A stretch of 64,000 nucleotides of DNA from Eledone cirrhosa (Eukaryota): NCBI GenBank assembly GCA_964016885.1, contig OZ024743.1, forward strand, positions 85,560,001-85,624,000, read 5' to 3'. Position 1 is the stretch's first letter, and every line of letters begins with the position of its first letter. Shown one piece after another: positions 37,370 to 50,805 of the stretch. Both the position numbers and the translations under genes were made by a program. The notes under the pieces are model-generated. The model was not told where the DNA came from. It was given only the letters and a program-made list of their open reading frames with translations, and did not search any database.

Positions 37370-40300
37370 GGGTAGTCTTGACCTGTGCTGCTTTGCTAGT
37401 AAGTTTTTTGTCAATTTTGCATACAAAAAACTGGAATTTTTGTTTAAAAAATATATTATTTCGTAGATTAACCCCCAGGCTGAATTGTCAGCTAGTGGAT
37501 AATCTAATTTTTCGCCCCACAGGGGCGGAAATTTTATTTGGAAAAAAAAATATATATATATATATTTTGCTATCAACAATGGCTAGCTCAGAAGGAACGC
37601 TAGTCTCTGCTGAAGAAAGTAGAGAAAGAAAGGCAGAAATTAACATTGCCGCAATGCTTGCCTGCATAGGCGTCACTATAGTGACAACACAGTTTTGTTT
37701 CGCCAAGAAGGCGAAAAAAGCAACTCACAAAATGGACAGCATAGAACACAAATAATGAAACAATTTCCATAATTATAAATCAAAAAAGTGACAACCACAA
37801 CAACAACAACAACACTATCTTGATATCTCCAATGCGAGGGAGATGCTTAGTGAAGCAAAGAAATTTGTGACCTTCAAGGAAAAGGGTGGGTTTAAAATAA
37901 ACTCACGCCCCGAAATCTGCCTTGAAACACTCCGAAGGACGGTTACCTTCAGAACTGTTTCAAATGATACAAGGAAGCCGGCATTCCTCAGTCAAGGGGA
38001 AATAGAAACGACATTGAAGGAGGTTTTGCCGGAATAGATTTTATGCAGAGGGCCAGACAGTATAGAAGCATTTCGGTGCTCCTCAAAAGCGAGGCCCTCG
38101 CACAGAAATATTCTGTAACGCCAGTGTCTTCTATTAAATACTCCTTTTTCCCTACTTACGTGGGAAAAAGGATCCTAAAGACAAAAATCTCAAATATACC
38201 ACTAAATATTAATATTTGGTGGATTTTGGCAAGATTTTTAGAGGAGGGAGTGAACACCATCCTCTCCATCAAAAAATCAACCAGATACACGTGGTCTGGT
38301 ACAAATTTGGAACTTTTGGTGCAAATGAAGCTGGAGAGAATCTCCTAGATTCCAGAAAGAGTACTGGTGGATAATAACAGCCACATTAACATTTCCACTG
38401 AAGGTGGAGGCCACACTGCTTTTGATGTTCCAGCACATCGCATTTAAAGGCCTCCTGCCCTTTAGACAAACTTCAAAAAACAAGACAATAAAAATACTCT
38501 TACCAACACCACCACCACCACCACAACAACAACAACAACACCACCACACAAAACAAGCAAACACACCAAAGCAAACGAGCATTCAACCAACAACAACAGA
38601 AAAAACACAGACTGAACACAGTCCCACCCCATCCCACTCCAACACTACTACAAACACACACACAAAAACAACATACCCCTCCCGCACGCACACCCCTGAT
38701 GACAATGATTTATCATCAGATGAAGCTACTTCTCCATCTCCAAGTGAGAATGAAGGAGGGCCTCGGAAATCAAAAAAAACAAAAGAAACACCGCAAAGCC
38801 ACAAAAACACCAATCACCAACACAAACATCATCACAATCAAACCGCCCCCTACCAGCAAAACAAATACCAACACCACCCCAAACACAAACACCCACCATA
38901 AAAAGAAAACTCCCAGATGAACAACAAACAAAAACACAAACAACAGTACGCATACATCAACACCAACGACAAAAACTTGATGGAGGTCATCTTTAAAAAC
39001 CCCAAGGTGGAGACTGAGATGAAAACTTTCGTGAAATCAGAATCGGCACCACACCTGAAATTAATAAAAGTTCCTATGGAAACTTACAACAAACTAAAAA
39101 CCAAATTTTCGCAGGACATCGGAAACCCATGTCAAAAACCCATAAACTGCGTCCTATTAAAATGTTTTCCCACCCCACCCAACATCCCCACCAGCACCCG
39201 AATGGAGATTGAACAACCTGATCTCCAGGAAACGAAAAGGTAAGTGCATCTTTTCGTCCCTTTTCGCCAACTCTTCTCTACCAACAATGGCTAATCTACG
39301 AGTTGGAAGTGTGAATGTGCGTAACCTAGGGATGCGCTGGAAACAGGGCCAAATTTTAAACGACCTTAGGTCACAACGTATGGATGTGATAGCCATCACC
39401 GAGTCCAGGATCCACAACAGGCAGCAACTAACCCCCTTCAATGACTTTCAGATCTATGCATCTCTCTGTCAGCCTGGAGGTGGAGGGGCAGTGGGTGTCA
39501 TGTTTCAGAAAAACCTGGACCTCGAAATACAGCAAGTACACTTGGACCCGGAGGGTAGACTGATAGTCCTAGACGTGAAGTGTTGGAGGTGGAGCCTTCA
39601 GACTGGTGGTCGTTTATGCCCCGATTGGGCAATCACGGCCAGACTTCTTTAAGCGTCTAGAGTTTTTCCTGGGAACGTCTCGCTCCTTGCTTTTAGTGGG
39701 GGACTGGAATGGTATCCTAGACGCACGTTGGGACTATTTAGGAACATGTTCCAGTAGAGGGGAGAGGCGGGTGCAACTGCCTCAAAAATTTAATCGGCCA
39801 ATTCCAACTGGCTGATAGGTATCGACTAGACTTCCCGACTGCACCACAGTGGACGTGGACAAATCGCAGCGGGACATCTAGATCATATTTAGATAAAAAA
39901 TTTTATTAGAGAGAGAGAGGAAAATGTTAAGCTATCCACAAATGTACATGTTGCCTATTCAGACCACAAACTAGGCAACCATGATAGAACGCATAGACAA
40001 GGACCCTGATACTGGAAGCTGAACATGTCGTTACCGACGCGTAAAGCTTACAGTAGACGGATAAGTAGATTAGTTAAGCAACAGTTGACGGGAGCCATCG
40101 TCAACAATAGATGGTGTTACTCTCTCAAGAGAGCAATTAGAGTAGAGTCGATAGCTTTTAGCAAACAACTAGCCTTAGAGAAAAACAAAACAGAAACAGA
40201 ACTAGTAGCCAAGGTAGAGGAGGCGCTTAGGAGTGACAACGCAGCTAGAGTGCTAGCAATGAGAATGGCACTAGACCAGTTCTTCAATGTGAAACACGAA

Positions 40301-42834
40301 GGCTGCGTGGTCAGGAGTAGATCATGTGCTCTAGGAAATGAGGGAGCAAAAGCTGTTAGCTGGGCCCGAGCGGCAAAGGCGAAAAGTGGCAACAGGTCCA
40401 TGATTCGGTCTTTGAAAGACCAAAACAGACGTGTGTTACTTGACTCCAAGCGGATGTGCACGGCCTTTCAGCGGCACTTTGCGCAACCGTTCGAGCAGAG
40501 CAGTGCGCCGAACGAGGCAATGTACTTCGGTTCATACCTCAACGGCCTGCCGCGTCTCTTGAGCATGGACGCCGAGTTCTGCGAAAGACCGATCACAGCC
40601 ACTGAGATAGGGACGCTCTGGGCCACTGCGGGAAACGCAAATCACCCAGTCTAGATGGTCTACCCTATGAGTTTTGCATAGGCATGCCGGACTTGTGTTC
40701 TCTGGTGTCCTCAAAGCCGTCTACTGCAACTGGCAACAGAACGGGAGAATTCCCAGTTCTGCAGGTAGGGGCGTAGTAACGCTGATCAGGAAAGACGAGA
40801 ACAAGGGGGACGAAATAAGCAACTTTTAACAATGAGGCTGGCGCTTGTCGTTGAGAACCTGGTGGGGAAAGCTCAAACGTGTGCAATTCCAACCAGGTCC
40901 ATACACGACAACCTCCACCAAAATGTGATACATCATAGAGGGTGGTGTGTAAACCCGGCTTTGGTGGGGCTCTGATCAATTTGGATCAGTCTAAGGCATT
41001 CGATAGGGTCGACCATCGATACTTGGAAGCGGTTCTCAAGGCGGGCGGTTTCAGACCCGTCTTCAGAGGCTGGATCACAGCAATGCACATCAACATCTGC
41101 TCGACGGTCAAGGTGAACTGCTACCTATCGGAACCGTTCGCAATCACGCGTCCCATCCGACAGGGATGCCCTCTCTCCTCCATTCTGTATGTACTGACTC
41201 TAGAGCCACTACTGTGGAAGTTGGAGCTTCTGCAGGGCATCCCATTGGAACCAGGACCCCAAAAATGGCGTCGGCTTATGCTGACGACGTGATAGTCATG
41301 ATGTCGAAAACTTCGGAAATCGGGGCGATCGGCAACTTACTGCAGGAATACAAAAGGCTCACAGGAGCAAAACTGAACCCGGACAAGTCAGTTTGCAACT
41401 CGGAACGTAGAGCAGGAAACCGATGCCGTCCGACAGCGTCGTCGGGCGCTGGACGGAACGACCGGTGAAATTGCTCGGGGTCTGGTTCGGTGAAATTACT
41501 CCGGACTTCCAGGTGAAGAAAAACTGGAACGAGGTCACGGCCAAGGTATTTGCGCTCACCCAGAAGTGGGCAGAGTACAATCTATCCTTGAGAGGTCAAG
41601 CGGAGGTGGCGAACACTTTCATAGCGTCCGTCATCTACTACAGTTTGACTGTCGTACCTTGTCCCCATGAACACCTCACCAAGATGGAACGCATGCTCTT
41701 CCAGTTCCTTTGGAAGAAGCAGGCTTCACTGGTGAGGAGATCCGTCTGCTGTCAGCACTCTTCCAACGGAGGGCTGGGAATACCGTGGCTGATGATGCGC
41801 AAGCACGTCCTGAGGGTTCGGCATCTCCAGGTATTCCTCACCAACCAACCGGTGTGGGCCCCGTTTGTGAGACAAGCCTTCCCGCAACTTGTCTCGCTGA
41901 TGGAGCTGCAGTCCTGGGTCAAGCGGAGACCGAAGAAATGGGCACCTGGCACATTAAATGTGCTCAGGCACTGACAGTCCTCTGTCAAGCAGGCACGGCA
42001 ATCAGTGGAGACTCCACTTTGACATTCTATAGAGGGTTAGTACGTTACAAGTGCGACGAGGTGCTCGGAGAGACTCAGGGCGTCGAAGATGACGAGCTCG
42101 CCAGTCTGTTCGGTAGGACTTTCCGCCCGGGACCTATGGACAACTTCCAAAGGTCCCTGGCTTGGCAGTGATACCGAGGAGCTCTACCAGTTCAAGACAA
42201 GATCTACAGGCACGGATGCCCCGGCAGGGATCCTTCCAAGAGGATGTGTCCAAGATGCGAGCAAGACATTGAAACTGTCCGGGCGTAACCGACCTGTGAA
42301 ACTATGCACAACTGCTGTCGTGTATGGGACAAATCCAGTTGACTACTGAGTCCATAGTAAGGATCAAACCGCCAACTTTTAAAGACGAAAGAGAAGTGGT
42401 TTTCCTCTGTATTATTGCTATGGTAAAAGAGGTTATATGGTGGACGAGACTGAGGATATATGCCTTTCTCTCTGGACAACAACTCATTCCCTTCTTTAGG
42501 AAGAATCAAAGTGGAGGGAGAGGGACTGCATCCCAGTAAATTTACTGAAAGGTGTGTGAATGTAGTAAAAAATGGCTCGAGTGATTGGGCCTTCTTTGTA
42601 TATAAACCTGTAGGTTGAGGAAGAGAAGAAAGGAGCACTTGCAAAACATGCTCCTGGAGTTGAGGGTTGTTCTATTTATGGGGTGTAAAACAAACCAGTT
42701 GTAACACCTCCGCTCCTATTGGGGATTTCGATTGTTAAATTTTTAATGTTATAATTTTACTCTTTTTACACGATTGTATGTAAAATCCCCGCCATATGTC
42801 CTTGTATTGTGCGCCCTTGTGGCAAATAAAGAAA
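37370..42834 (+). mobile_element. Near full-length degenerate Tx1-like (L1-group) LINE, copy 1
   Basis: ORF1 remnants about 37580-39243. ORF2 from ATG 39287: SVNVRNL, AITES, VYAP, GDWN (APE); LDQSKAFDRVDH, RQGCPLS, AYADD (RT); KAEVAN-like motif and CPRC zinc finger. Ends aataaagaaa. Confidence 0.9.
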
Positions 42835-42849
42835 TCTATCTATCATCTT

Positions 42850-45800
42850 AGGATGGACACATGTAAAACTTGTTTTGTTTAAATTTCTCTAGAAATTTGT
42901 CAATCTGAACATTTATTTTTACTTCAATTTGTAGAGGGACTGCTAGGTCAAATTTTGATCTGGTCAGTCAGTTAGGGCAAAACTATAATCATATTATCGA
43001 GAAAGAAATTTGCATAAGTTAGAATTTTTTTTAAATGTCCGAAGAGGAAGCGGCATCTTTCTCCTTGTCAACACAACAGCATGGCAAGGGGAAGCCATGC
43101 TTACTACAACAGCAGCATACCCCTCTCATAGTAGCAGATGTGAACAAAGAAATGACAACACTCCTACCTCAACATTTAGGAGAGGGACACATTTCTTTGC
43201 CTGCTTACAAGCAACTAAACACTGGTGACATTATGACAAATATTGCCATGGCAACAAATGAAAACAATAACATGAACACTGACCAAGTGAAAACCAACAA
43301 CAAAAACAATAAAAACAGCAATGAAAATAAAAATCAAATACAAACAAAAAAAACATTTGCAGTGATAGTTGCCAAAGAAATAGAGTTCATAGACATAGAC
43401 ATATCAAATAAAGCGCAGTATTAGGACACTGCGCAATATATAACTGTTGACGGGAATGGATTTAGGGCCGCAACCGTAAAGAAAATGATTTTCTATGGAA
43501 CTGTGTCTATAGAATCGAGGAAAACCAGCCTCTTTGCCTCAGAATACAGTAGATGGTGTATTGAAGGAGGCAATGCTAGACATTGCCTACCCTCAGAGAG
43601 CCAAGCAGTATGGGAGCATCTCGGTGCTCTTCAAAAGCGAGGCCCTCACTTTAAAATATTTGGTATTAAAACGACCCAATACATCCTTTTCCTGATATAC
43701 ATGGGAAGAAGAACGTATAAGATAAGGGTGTCCCAGATCCTACCGAACACCAACATTTGGTGGATCCTGGGTAGCTTTTTGGAGGAGGGTGAAGACACCT
43801 TCCTCTCTGTAAATCAACCAGGTATAACTGGAATTGGACCTCATTGGAACTCCTGATTTCAAATGAAACTTGAAAGAATTTCGAAGATACCTGTTGATAA
43901 CAACCATGTTATGAACATCACAGTGGAGGGCAGAAAACCAAGTGTTTTCAATGTAGAAAAGATACACATATAAAAGCATTTACACACAAAAACAAAACAA
44001 GGTGTTGCTAGCAACACCTGAAAACCAAGAACACAATCCAAAAACCATCAACATCCACTCCACCATCACAAACCAAAAAAGACACCACACCAAAAATTCC
44101 CCTGAAGGACTCCTACCCCTTTTCCCTCTTTCTAACACCCTCACCACCACACAACATACCCTTCCCACATACACCCGATGATAACACCTTAGACACGGCA
44201 ACCATCTCATCTCTGAGTGAGGATGAAGAGGAGCCTCAAAAGCCAAAAAAAAAAACAGAGACACCGCAAAAACACAAAAGCGCCAATCACCAACACAAAG
44301 ACAGATACCACCACTTACCCACCCCAGCAAAACAAACTCAACACCACCATCAAAAGAAAACTAGAGAACAAACAACAGAAACATCACAGCAAAAAATCAA
44401 ACCACCACAAATAAAGACCCCACCATTCAGACAGAAGGAAAAAACCTTCGCAAGCACAAACCCAGCACCACATCTAAAACTGATAAAACTTTCAACACAA
44501 ACTTAGTTTTCTTAAAGAAAACTTTCCCCATAATGTTGAACCCCATTCCAAAAACCCCTCAACTGTGTACTCTTGAAATGTTTCCTCACCCCACCAAACA
44601 CCCCTGCCACCACCAACATGGAGATTGAACAACCCGACCTCCAGGAAATGAAAAGGTAAGTGTTCCTGCCTTTTTCTCTCCCTAACTCTTCTTCACTAAC
44701 ATGGCGACTGTACGAGTTGGATGTTTGAATGTGCATGGTCTGAGGATGTCCTGGAAACAGGGCCAATTTTTAAATGACCTCAGGTCACACTGCATAGATG
44801 TAATAGCTGTCAGTGAGTCCAGGATTCGTGACAAACAGCAGTTAACCCCCATACTTGATGACTTTGTGATCTCTTTGTCAACTAGGAGGTCAAAGAGGAG
44901 TTGCTGTACTGTTTTGGAAAAACCTGGACCTCGAAATACAGACAAACAATCTTCTTGGACCTGGAGAGTAAGTTGGTGGTACTAGACATGAATGATAGTG
45001 AAAGTGGAGCATTCAGACTGGTGGCTGTCTATGCCCCAACTGGGACATCAACGCCAGAGTTCTTTAAGCGCCTAGAGTCTTTCTTGGGAACGTCTTGCTC
45101 TTTATTGTTAGCGGGGGACTGGAATGGTATCTTGGACGCATGTTGGGATTATGTAGGAACACGCGATAGTAAAGGTGGGTATAACAGCCTCAAAAATCTT
45201 ATCGGCCAATTCCAACTGGCTGATAGATATCAACTAGATTTCCAAAGTGCACTACTGTGGATGTGGAACAACTGCACTGGGTCTTCTAGATCGTATTTAG
45301 ATAGATTTCTAATTAGACAAAATGATAGGGAAACATTAAGCTGTCTACAAATGCACATGCTTGCCTATTCAGACCACACATTAGTGACCTGCATAATCAA
45401 CTTTGACAGAACATATAAACAGGGACTCGGATAGTGGAAACTAAACATGTCGCTCCCGACACGTAAAGCTTACAGTAAATGGATTAGCACTTTAGTTAAA
45501 TGCTAGTTGACAGGGACCATCGTCAACAACAGGTGGTGGTGCTCTCTCAAGAGAGCAATTAGAGTAGAATCAATAGCCTTTAGCAAGGAAGGAGCTTTAG
45601 AGAACAAGAAGACAGAAAAAGAATTTGTAGCCAAAGTAGAAGAGCACTTAGGAGTGGCAGTACAGCCGACATGCTAGCGGCGCTAATGACATTAGACCAG
45701 TTCTTCAACGTGAAACACAAAGGTTGTTTAGTCAGAAGTAGAATACATGCTCTGAGAAAGAAAAGAGCGAATAGCTTGAGTGCAGAGGCAAAAAGTGGCA

Positions 45801-48261
45801 ACAAATCCACAATTCAGTCTTTAGAAAACCAAGACGGACGCATACTATGTGAATCCAAGCAGATGTGCACGGCTTTCCAACAGCACTTTGTACAACTGTT
45901 TGGGCAGAGCTGGGTAACGGACTTCATTTCCTATCACGACGGCCTACCACGACTCTAGAACACGGATGCAGAGAGCTGCGAAAGGCCAATCACAGCAGGC
46001 AGAATAGAAGACACTCTAGGCCACTGTGGGAAACGCAAATCACCCGGTTTAGATGGTCTACCCTATGAGTTTTACATAGGCATACCAGACTTGTTCTGTG
46101 ATGTCCTCGAAGCAGTCTACTGCAGCTGACAACAGAATGGGAGAATTCCCAGTTCTGTAAGCAGAGGCGTAGTAACGCTAATCAGGAGAGATGAGAACAA
46201 AGAGGTTAACATAAGCAATGTCAGGCCCATAACTCTGCTCAACACAGAGTTGAAGATTTTGGCGAAGGTGTTAGCAATGAGGCTAGCGCTCATCATCAAG
46301 AACCTGGTGGGGGAACTGCAAATGTGTGCAATCCTAACCAGGTCCATTCACAACCTCAACCCTATATGATACATCATAGAGAGGGTAGGGTGTAAACCTG
46401 GCTTCAGTGGGGCTCTGATCAATTTAGATCAATCTAAGGCATTTGATAGGGTTGACCATCAATACTTGGAATTGGTTCTCGAGGTGGCCGGTTTCGGTCC
46501 CATCTTCAGAGGCTGGATCGCTGCCATGCACAGCAACATCTGCTCGGAAGTCAAGGTGAATGGCTACCTATCGGTGCTATTCCAAATCATGCGTTCCATC
46601 CATCAAGGATGCCTTCTCTCCTCCATTCTGTATGTACTGACTCTCGAGCCACTACTGCGGAAGTTGGAGCTGTTGCAGGGCATCCTGATGGAACCAGGAC
46701 TACGAAAAGCAGTGTCAACCTCTGCCAACAACGTGACCATAATGGTGTTGAAAACCTTGGAAATCGGAGTAATCGGCAAGCTATTACAAGAAAACGAAAC
46801 GTTGACAGGAGCAAAACTAAACCTGAACAGGTCTGTTGGTTTGCAACTCGGCACATGGTCAGGCAAACCCATGCTGTCCGACAGTGTCATTGGACACTGG
46901 ACGGAAGGTGAAATTGCTCGGGTCTGGTTTGGTCCAGACCTCCAGGTGGACAAAGACTGAAATGAGGTCACTGCGAAGGTATTTGCATTCACCTAGAAGT
47001 GTGCTGAGTGCAAACACTTACATAGCATCCGTCATCTACTACCGCTTGACAGTCGTGGCTTGTCCCCGTGATCACCTCACCAAAATGGAACGTCTACTCT
47101 TCAAGTTCCTTTGGAAGAAACAGGCTCCATTAGTGAGGAGATCCATCTGTTGCCAGCACCCTGCTAACGGAGGACTGGGCATGCTGTTGCTGATGATGCG
47201 CTGAGGCTACGCTATCTGCAGGTATTCCTGAACCGGTGTTGTTGTCATTTGTGAGACAAGCTTTTCCGCAACTCGTCTTGCTAACGGAGCTGCAGTCCTG
47301 GGTCAAGTGAAGACTGAAAATGGGCGCCTGGCACCTCAAGTGCGCTCGCAGTCCTCTACCAAGCGGAAACGGCAGTCAGCGGAGACTCCACGTCAACATT
47401 CTATAGGGGATTAGTAGAGGATAAATGCGATAACATTCTCGGAGAGACTCTGGGCATCAAAGAGGATGAACTGGCTAATCTGTTCAGGAGGACTTTCTGT
47501 CTAGGGCCTATGGATAACTTCCAGAGGTCTGTGGCCTGGCAGTGTTACTGGGGAGCTCTACTAGTTCGAGACAAAATCTACAGGCACGGATGCTCTGGCA
47601 GGGATCCTGCCAAAAGGACCTGTCCAAGATGTGAGCAGGACATTGAAACCGTTCTGCACGCAATTGTTCAGTGCCCAGGGGTGACCAACCTGTGGAATTA
47701 TGTCGAACAGCTACTGTCATGTGTAGGACGCATCCAGTTGTCAGCCAAGTCCATCGTGAGGATCACCCTGCCGCCTTCATTTAAGAATGAAGGAGAGGCG
47801 GTTTTCCTCTGTTTGGTGGCTATGGCGAAAGAGGTAATATAGTGGGATGAGGTTGAAAGGACTGAGGCCAAACACCTTCCTCTCCAGACAACAACTCATC
47901 CCCTTCTTTAAATACCACTTCAGATGGAAGGTGAGGGTGAAAAGAGAGGTGCTGCACCCCAGTAAATTCACTGAAAGGCAGGTGAATGTGGCGAAAATGG
48001 CCTGAGTGATGGGCTTTCTCTGTATATAAACCTGTAGGTTGAGGAAGACAGGAACACATACAAAACGTGTCCCTGGTGTTGAGGGTTGTTCTATCTATGG
48101 GGTGTAAAACAACTCCACAGTAACATTCCCCACTATTGGGGATTTCAATTATTTTATTTTAATTTATTTCTGTTAAAGTTTACACAATTTTTATGTAAAG
48201 CCCCTGCTGTCACGTCCTGTATTGTCCCACTTTGTGTCCGCCCTTGTGGAAAATAAAGAAA
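42850..48261 (+). mobile_element. Near full-length degenerate Tx1-like LINE, copy 2
   Basis: ORF2 from ATG 44701 (CLNVHGL, VYAP, GDWN, SDH, QGCLLS, CPRCEQDIETVLHAIVQC); 3' UTR homologous to copy 1 and also ends aataaagaaa. The 5' boundary is approximate. Confidence 0.9.
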
Positions 48262-48377
48262 GATATCTCTCTCTATATATATATATACAAAAAGTTATGA
48301 AACGAAAGGAGCTGTGTGGTTACTAAAAACAAGGTTTAGGATGGTGGTTAGGACGGAACAGGAGGAGAAAGGAGTTT

Positions 48378-48439
48378 CCATCGTCAGCTGTAAATGTATC
48401 CCGAACCGATGTTTCGGCGCTGAATTACAGGACATCGGT
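48378..48439 (-). ncRNA. Candidate hammerhead ribozyme with non-circularly permuted strand order
   Basis: Minus strand: accgatGTC-ctgtaa...cc-GAAAcatcggt...ttacag-CTGACGA-t-gg. Stem III 8 bp, stem I 6 bp, stem II 2 bp. Confidence 0.6.
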
Positions 48440-49221
48440 GTAGTTGGGGTGCGCCCGAGGCCTTTTATTAATCAAATATATATATATAAAGTTAACAGTT
48501 TGTTTTAGTTTTAACACAGTCACAGATCATGTTGCCATTCTAGTACAACTCCTAGATTTGAAGAACTTCAGCCAGGCTATCAAAACTCTGAGGGATACTG
48601 TTCGATGTTGCCTGAATAAAATAAAATACTAATTATGTAACAGCTTAAGTTTATAAAATGCTGCATCTCATTGAGGATTTATTTAAAGAAAATACATGGG
48701 TGGGTTGATAAACTGGACCTTAGAAAGGGTTAATCTTTAAAACTTACACATTTTAATTATGAACACAAAATCCAAGATATTCAAGTAGCTAGTTAGCTAT
48801 TCGGGAAGGAACAAAACAAGAAGTACTCATCAAAATCCCAAACTGACTTATCCACCTGGAAATAAAGAACTCCCAGTGGGTACTCAAACAGGGTACAGCT
48901 TTGTAATAAGAAGATATGAGCAACGTGTCTGAAAAAAATTAGCCAGGATAATACAACTACTGCACAAACACATCGCAAAACAATTATATAGTTGTATTGA
49001 AAATTAACCTAGTTAGAAGCTTCAATGCACATATTTTTTTTACTACGAAAAACATGTAACAAATTAGGCATAAAAGCCCCAGGATGGAAAAATGTCGACA
49101 CTGTAGCCCATATTTAAGTGTTAGTGACATTAGGAATCATTTTAGCCAAATGTAGCTGTAGTGGATTCATTTATTTTTCATATGTTTATATATATATATT
49201 TATAGACTTTTTTTTTTACGT

Positions 49222-49435
49222 GTAGGCACGTGGTTTAGTGGTTAGAGAATTGGATTCACAATCGTGAGGTTGTGAGTTTGATTCCCTTACTAGGTATTGC
49301 AGTATGTCCTTGAGCAAGACACTATTTAACATTGCTCCTTCTGCCAGGAATTGCAACCGGTAGATAGCATCAGCAATAGAAAGACCAATGGAAACATTGT
49401 TTCCTTGGTCCGATTTGACGAGCTCCATCCAGTAA
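49222..49435 (+). mobile_element. tRNA SINE (degenerate)
   Basis: tggtttagtgg A box, gagtttgattcc B box, gtccttgagcaagacact core. Confidence 0.75.
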
Positions 49436-50134
49436 GCGAATGAGATCTGGGATCTTGGCAATCAATTCTTCCTTACATTTTTATCTGTTTACCTATCGTT
49501 ACTCATAGCAGCAAATATACACTCCTATCATATGACAAATAACACTTTAGTATGTATGTGTTTATATCATCATCATGTACCTGCAAGTGGTGCAGCCAGT
49601 CATTGGGGTACCACTCTAAATATGCCACTGGTGTAGCCAGTCGTTGAGATGCCACTCTGAATGTGCTACTGGTGCAGTCAGTTGTCGCCATGTGGCCAGT
49701 CAAGCCTTTGATGTTGTTGGATCAGGATTTTATTTGCCACTTTATTGCCCTCTCTCGACTGTGTTCTGAAGGATGGTTTTGGAACAAGCAGTTGTGTTAA
49801 GTTATATAACCATACCAGGCAAGCTTCCATCCTTTCACTATCACAAGGAGTGGTTCCTGTCTGCCAGTATATTTGTTAACTTGCCTGACAAAGATGTTTG
49901 TTTTGTGCTCCATGTATAGGATGTGTAGCTTATATATATGCATGTGTGTGTGTATATGTAAGCAACAAATTAGAAGTCATAAGAATGTCGGACAGAATAC
50001 TTTGCAGTATTCGTTTTGGCTCTCTGCACTCTGAGTTCAAATCCTGCTGAGGTCAAATTCGCATTTTTATACATTTGAAGTTGATAAAAGAAGTACCAGT
50101 CCAATACTGGGGTTGATTCTATATATTATATATC

Positions 50135-50805
50135 TTGTCAGTATTGGCCATGAGGGTCCCAGGTGGTTGGTGAGCTCACCTCGCCATCTTGTCCTTGGAC
50201 GTCCTTTTGATATAATCCATTTTCTTGGTGTCCACTCTGTCACTCTGATCGTCCATTTGTTGTCACTGAGTCGCAAGATGTGGCCAGCCCATCTGTATTT
50301 CTCTGTCTTGATGGTTGTTATTATGTCGCTAACTCCAGTTTGTTGTCAGATCCAAGTGTGCTTCTTCTTGTCAGGCAGCGTGATACCCAACATGATGCGC
50401 TCCATCTTTTGCTGGGCGACACTATGTTCTTCATGGTGTTATTCAGCACCCTGGTCTCAGTGCCATACGTCATCACTGGCAAGATGTGCTTGTTGAAAAT
50501 TTTCTGCTTTATTCTCATGGTGACCTTAGGACTCTTTTGGCGTTATATACCTTTACGAAGGCTGCCCATCCAAGTGTGATTCTTTTCTTGATCTCCGGGA
50601 GAAGGTCACCATTCTTTATCACCATCTTCTCTAAGTAAACATAGCTGTCTACTCCCTCAACGATCTTGCCATTCACAGAGACAGGCGCTGGTGTGGTATG
50701 TTTGTTGAACCTTACCTTGGTCTTTCCTAGATGATTGTTCAGTCCAACTGGTTGACTTGTTGTGTGGATGTCTGTGAGCATAGTTTCTAGCTGCTTGGGT
50801 AAGAA
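50135..50805 (-). mobile_element. RTE-clade fragment of a different family (RT end to C-terminus)
   Basis: KTKV...YVYL, EIKKRITLGWAAF, ILPVMTYGTET, WAGH, WTIRVTEWTPR...GRPRTRW. Confidence 0.8.

Noticed and set aside
48498-48632. Additional FANCB terminal exon
   Set aside because: The FANCB frame already terminates at 36511 with a matching C-terminus, and this peptide is unrecognised.
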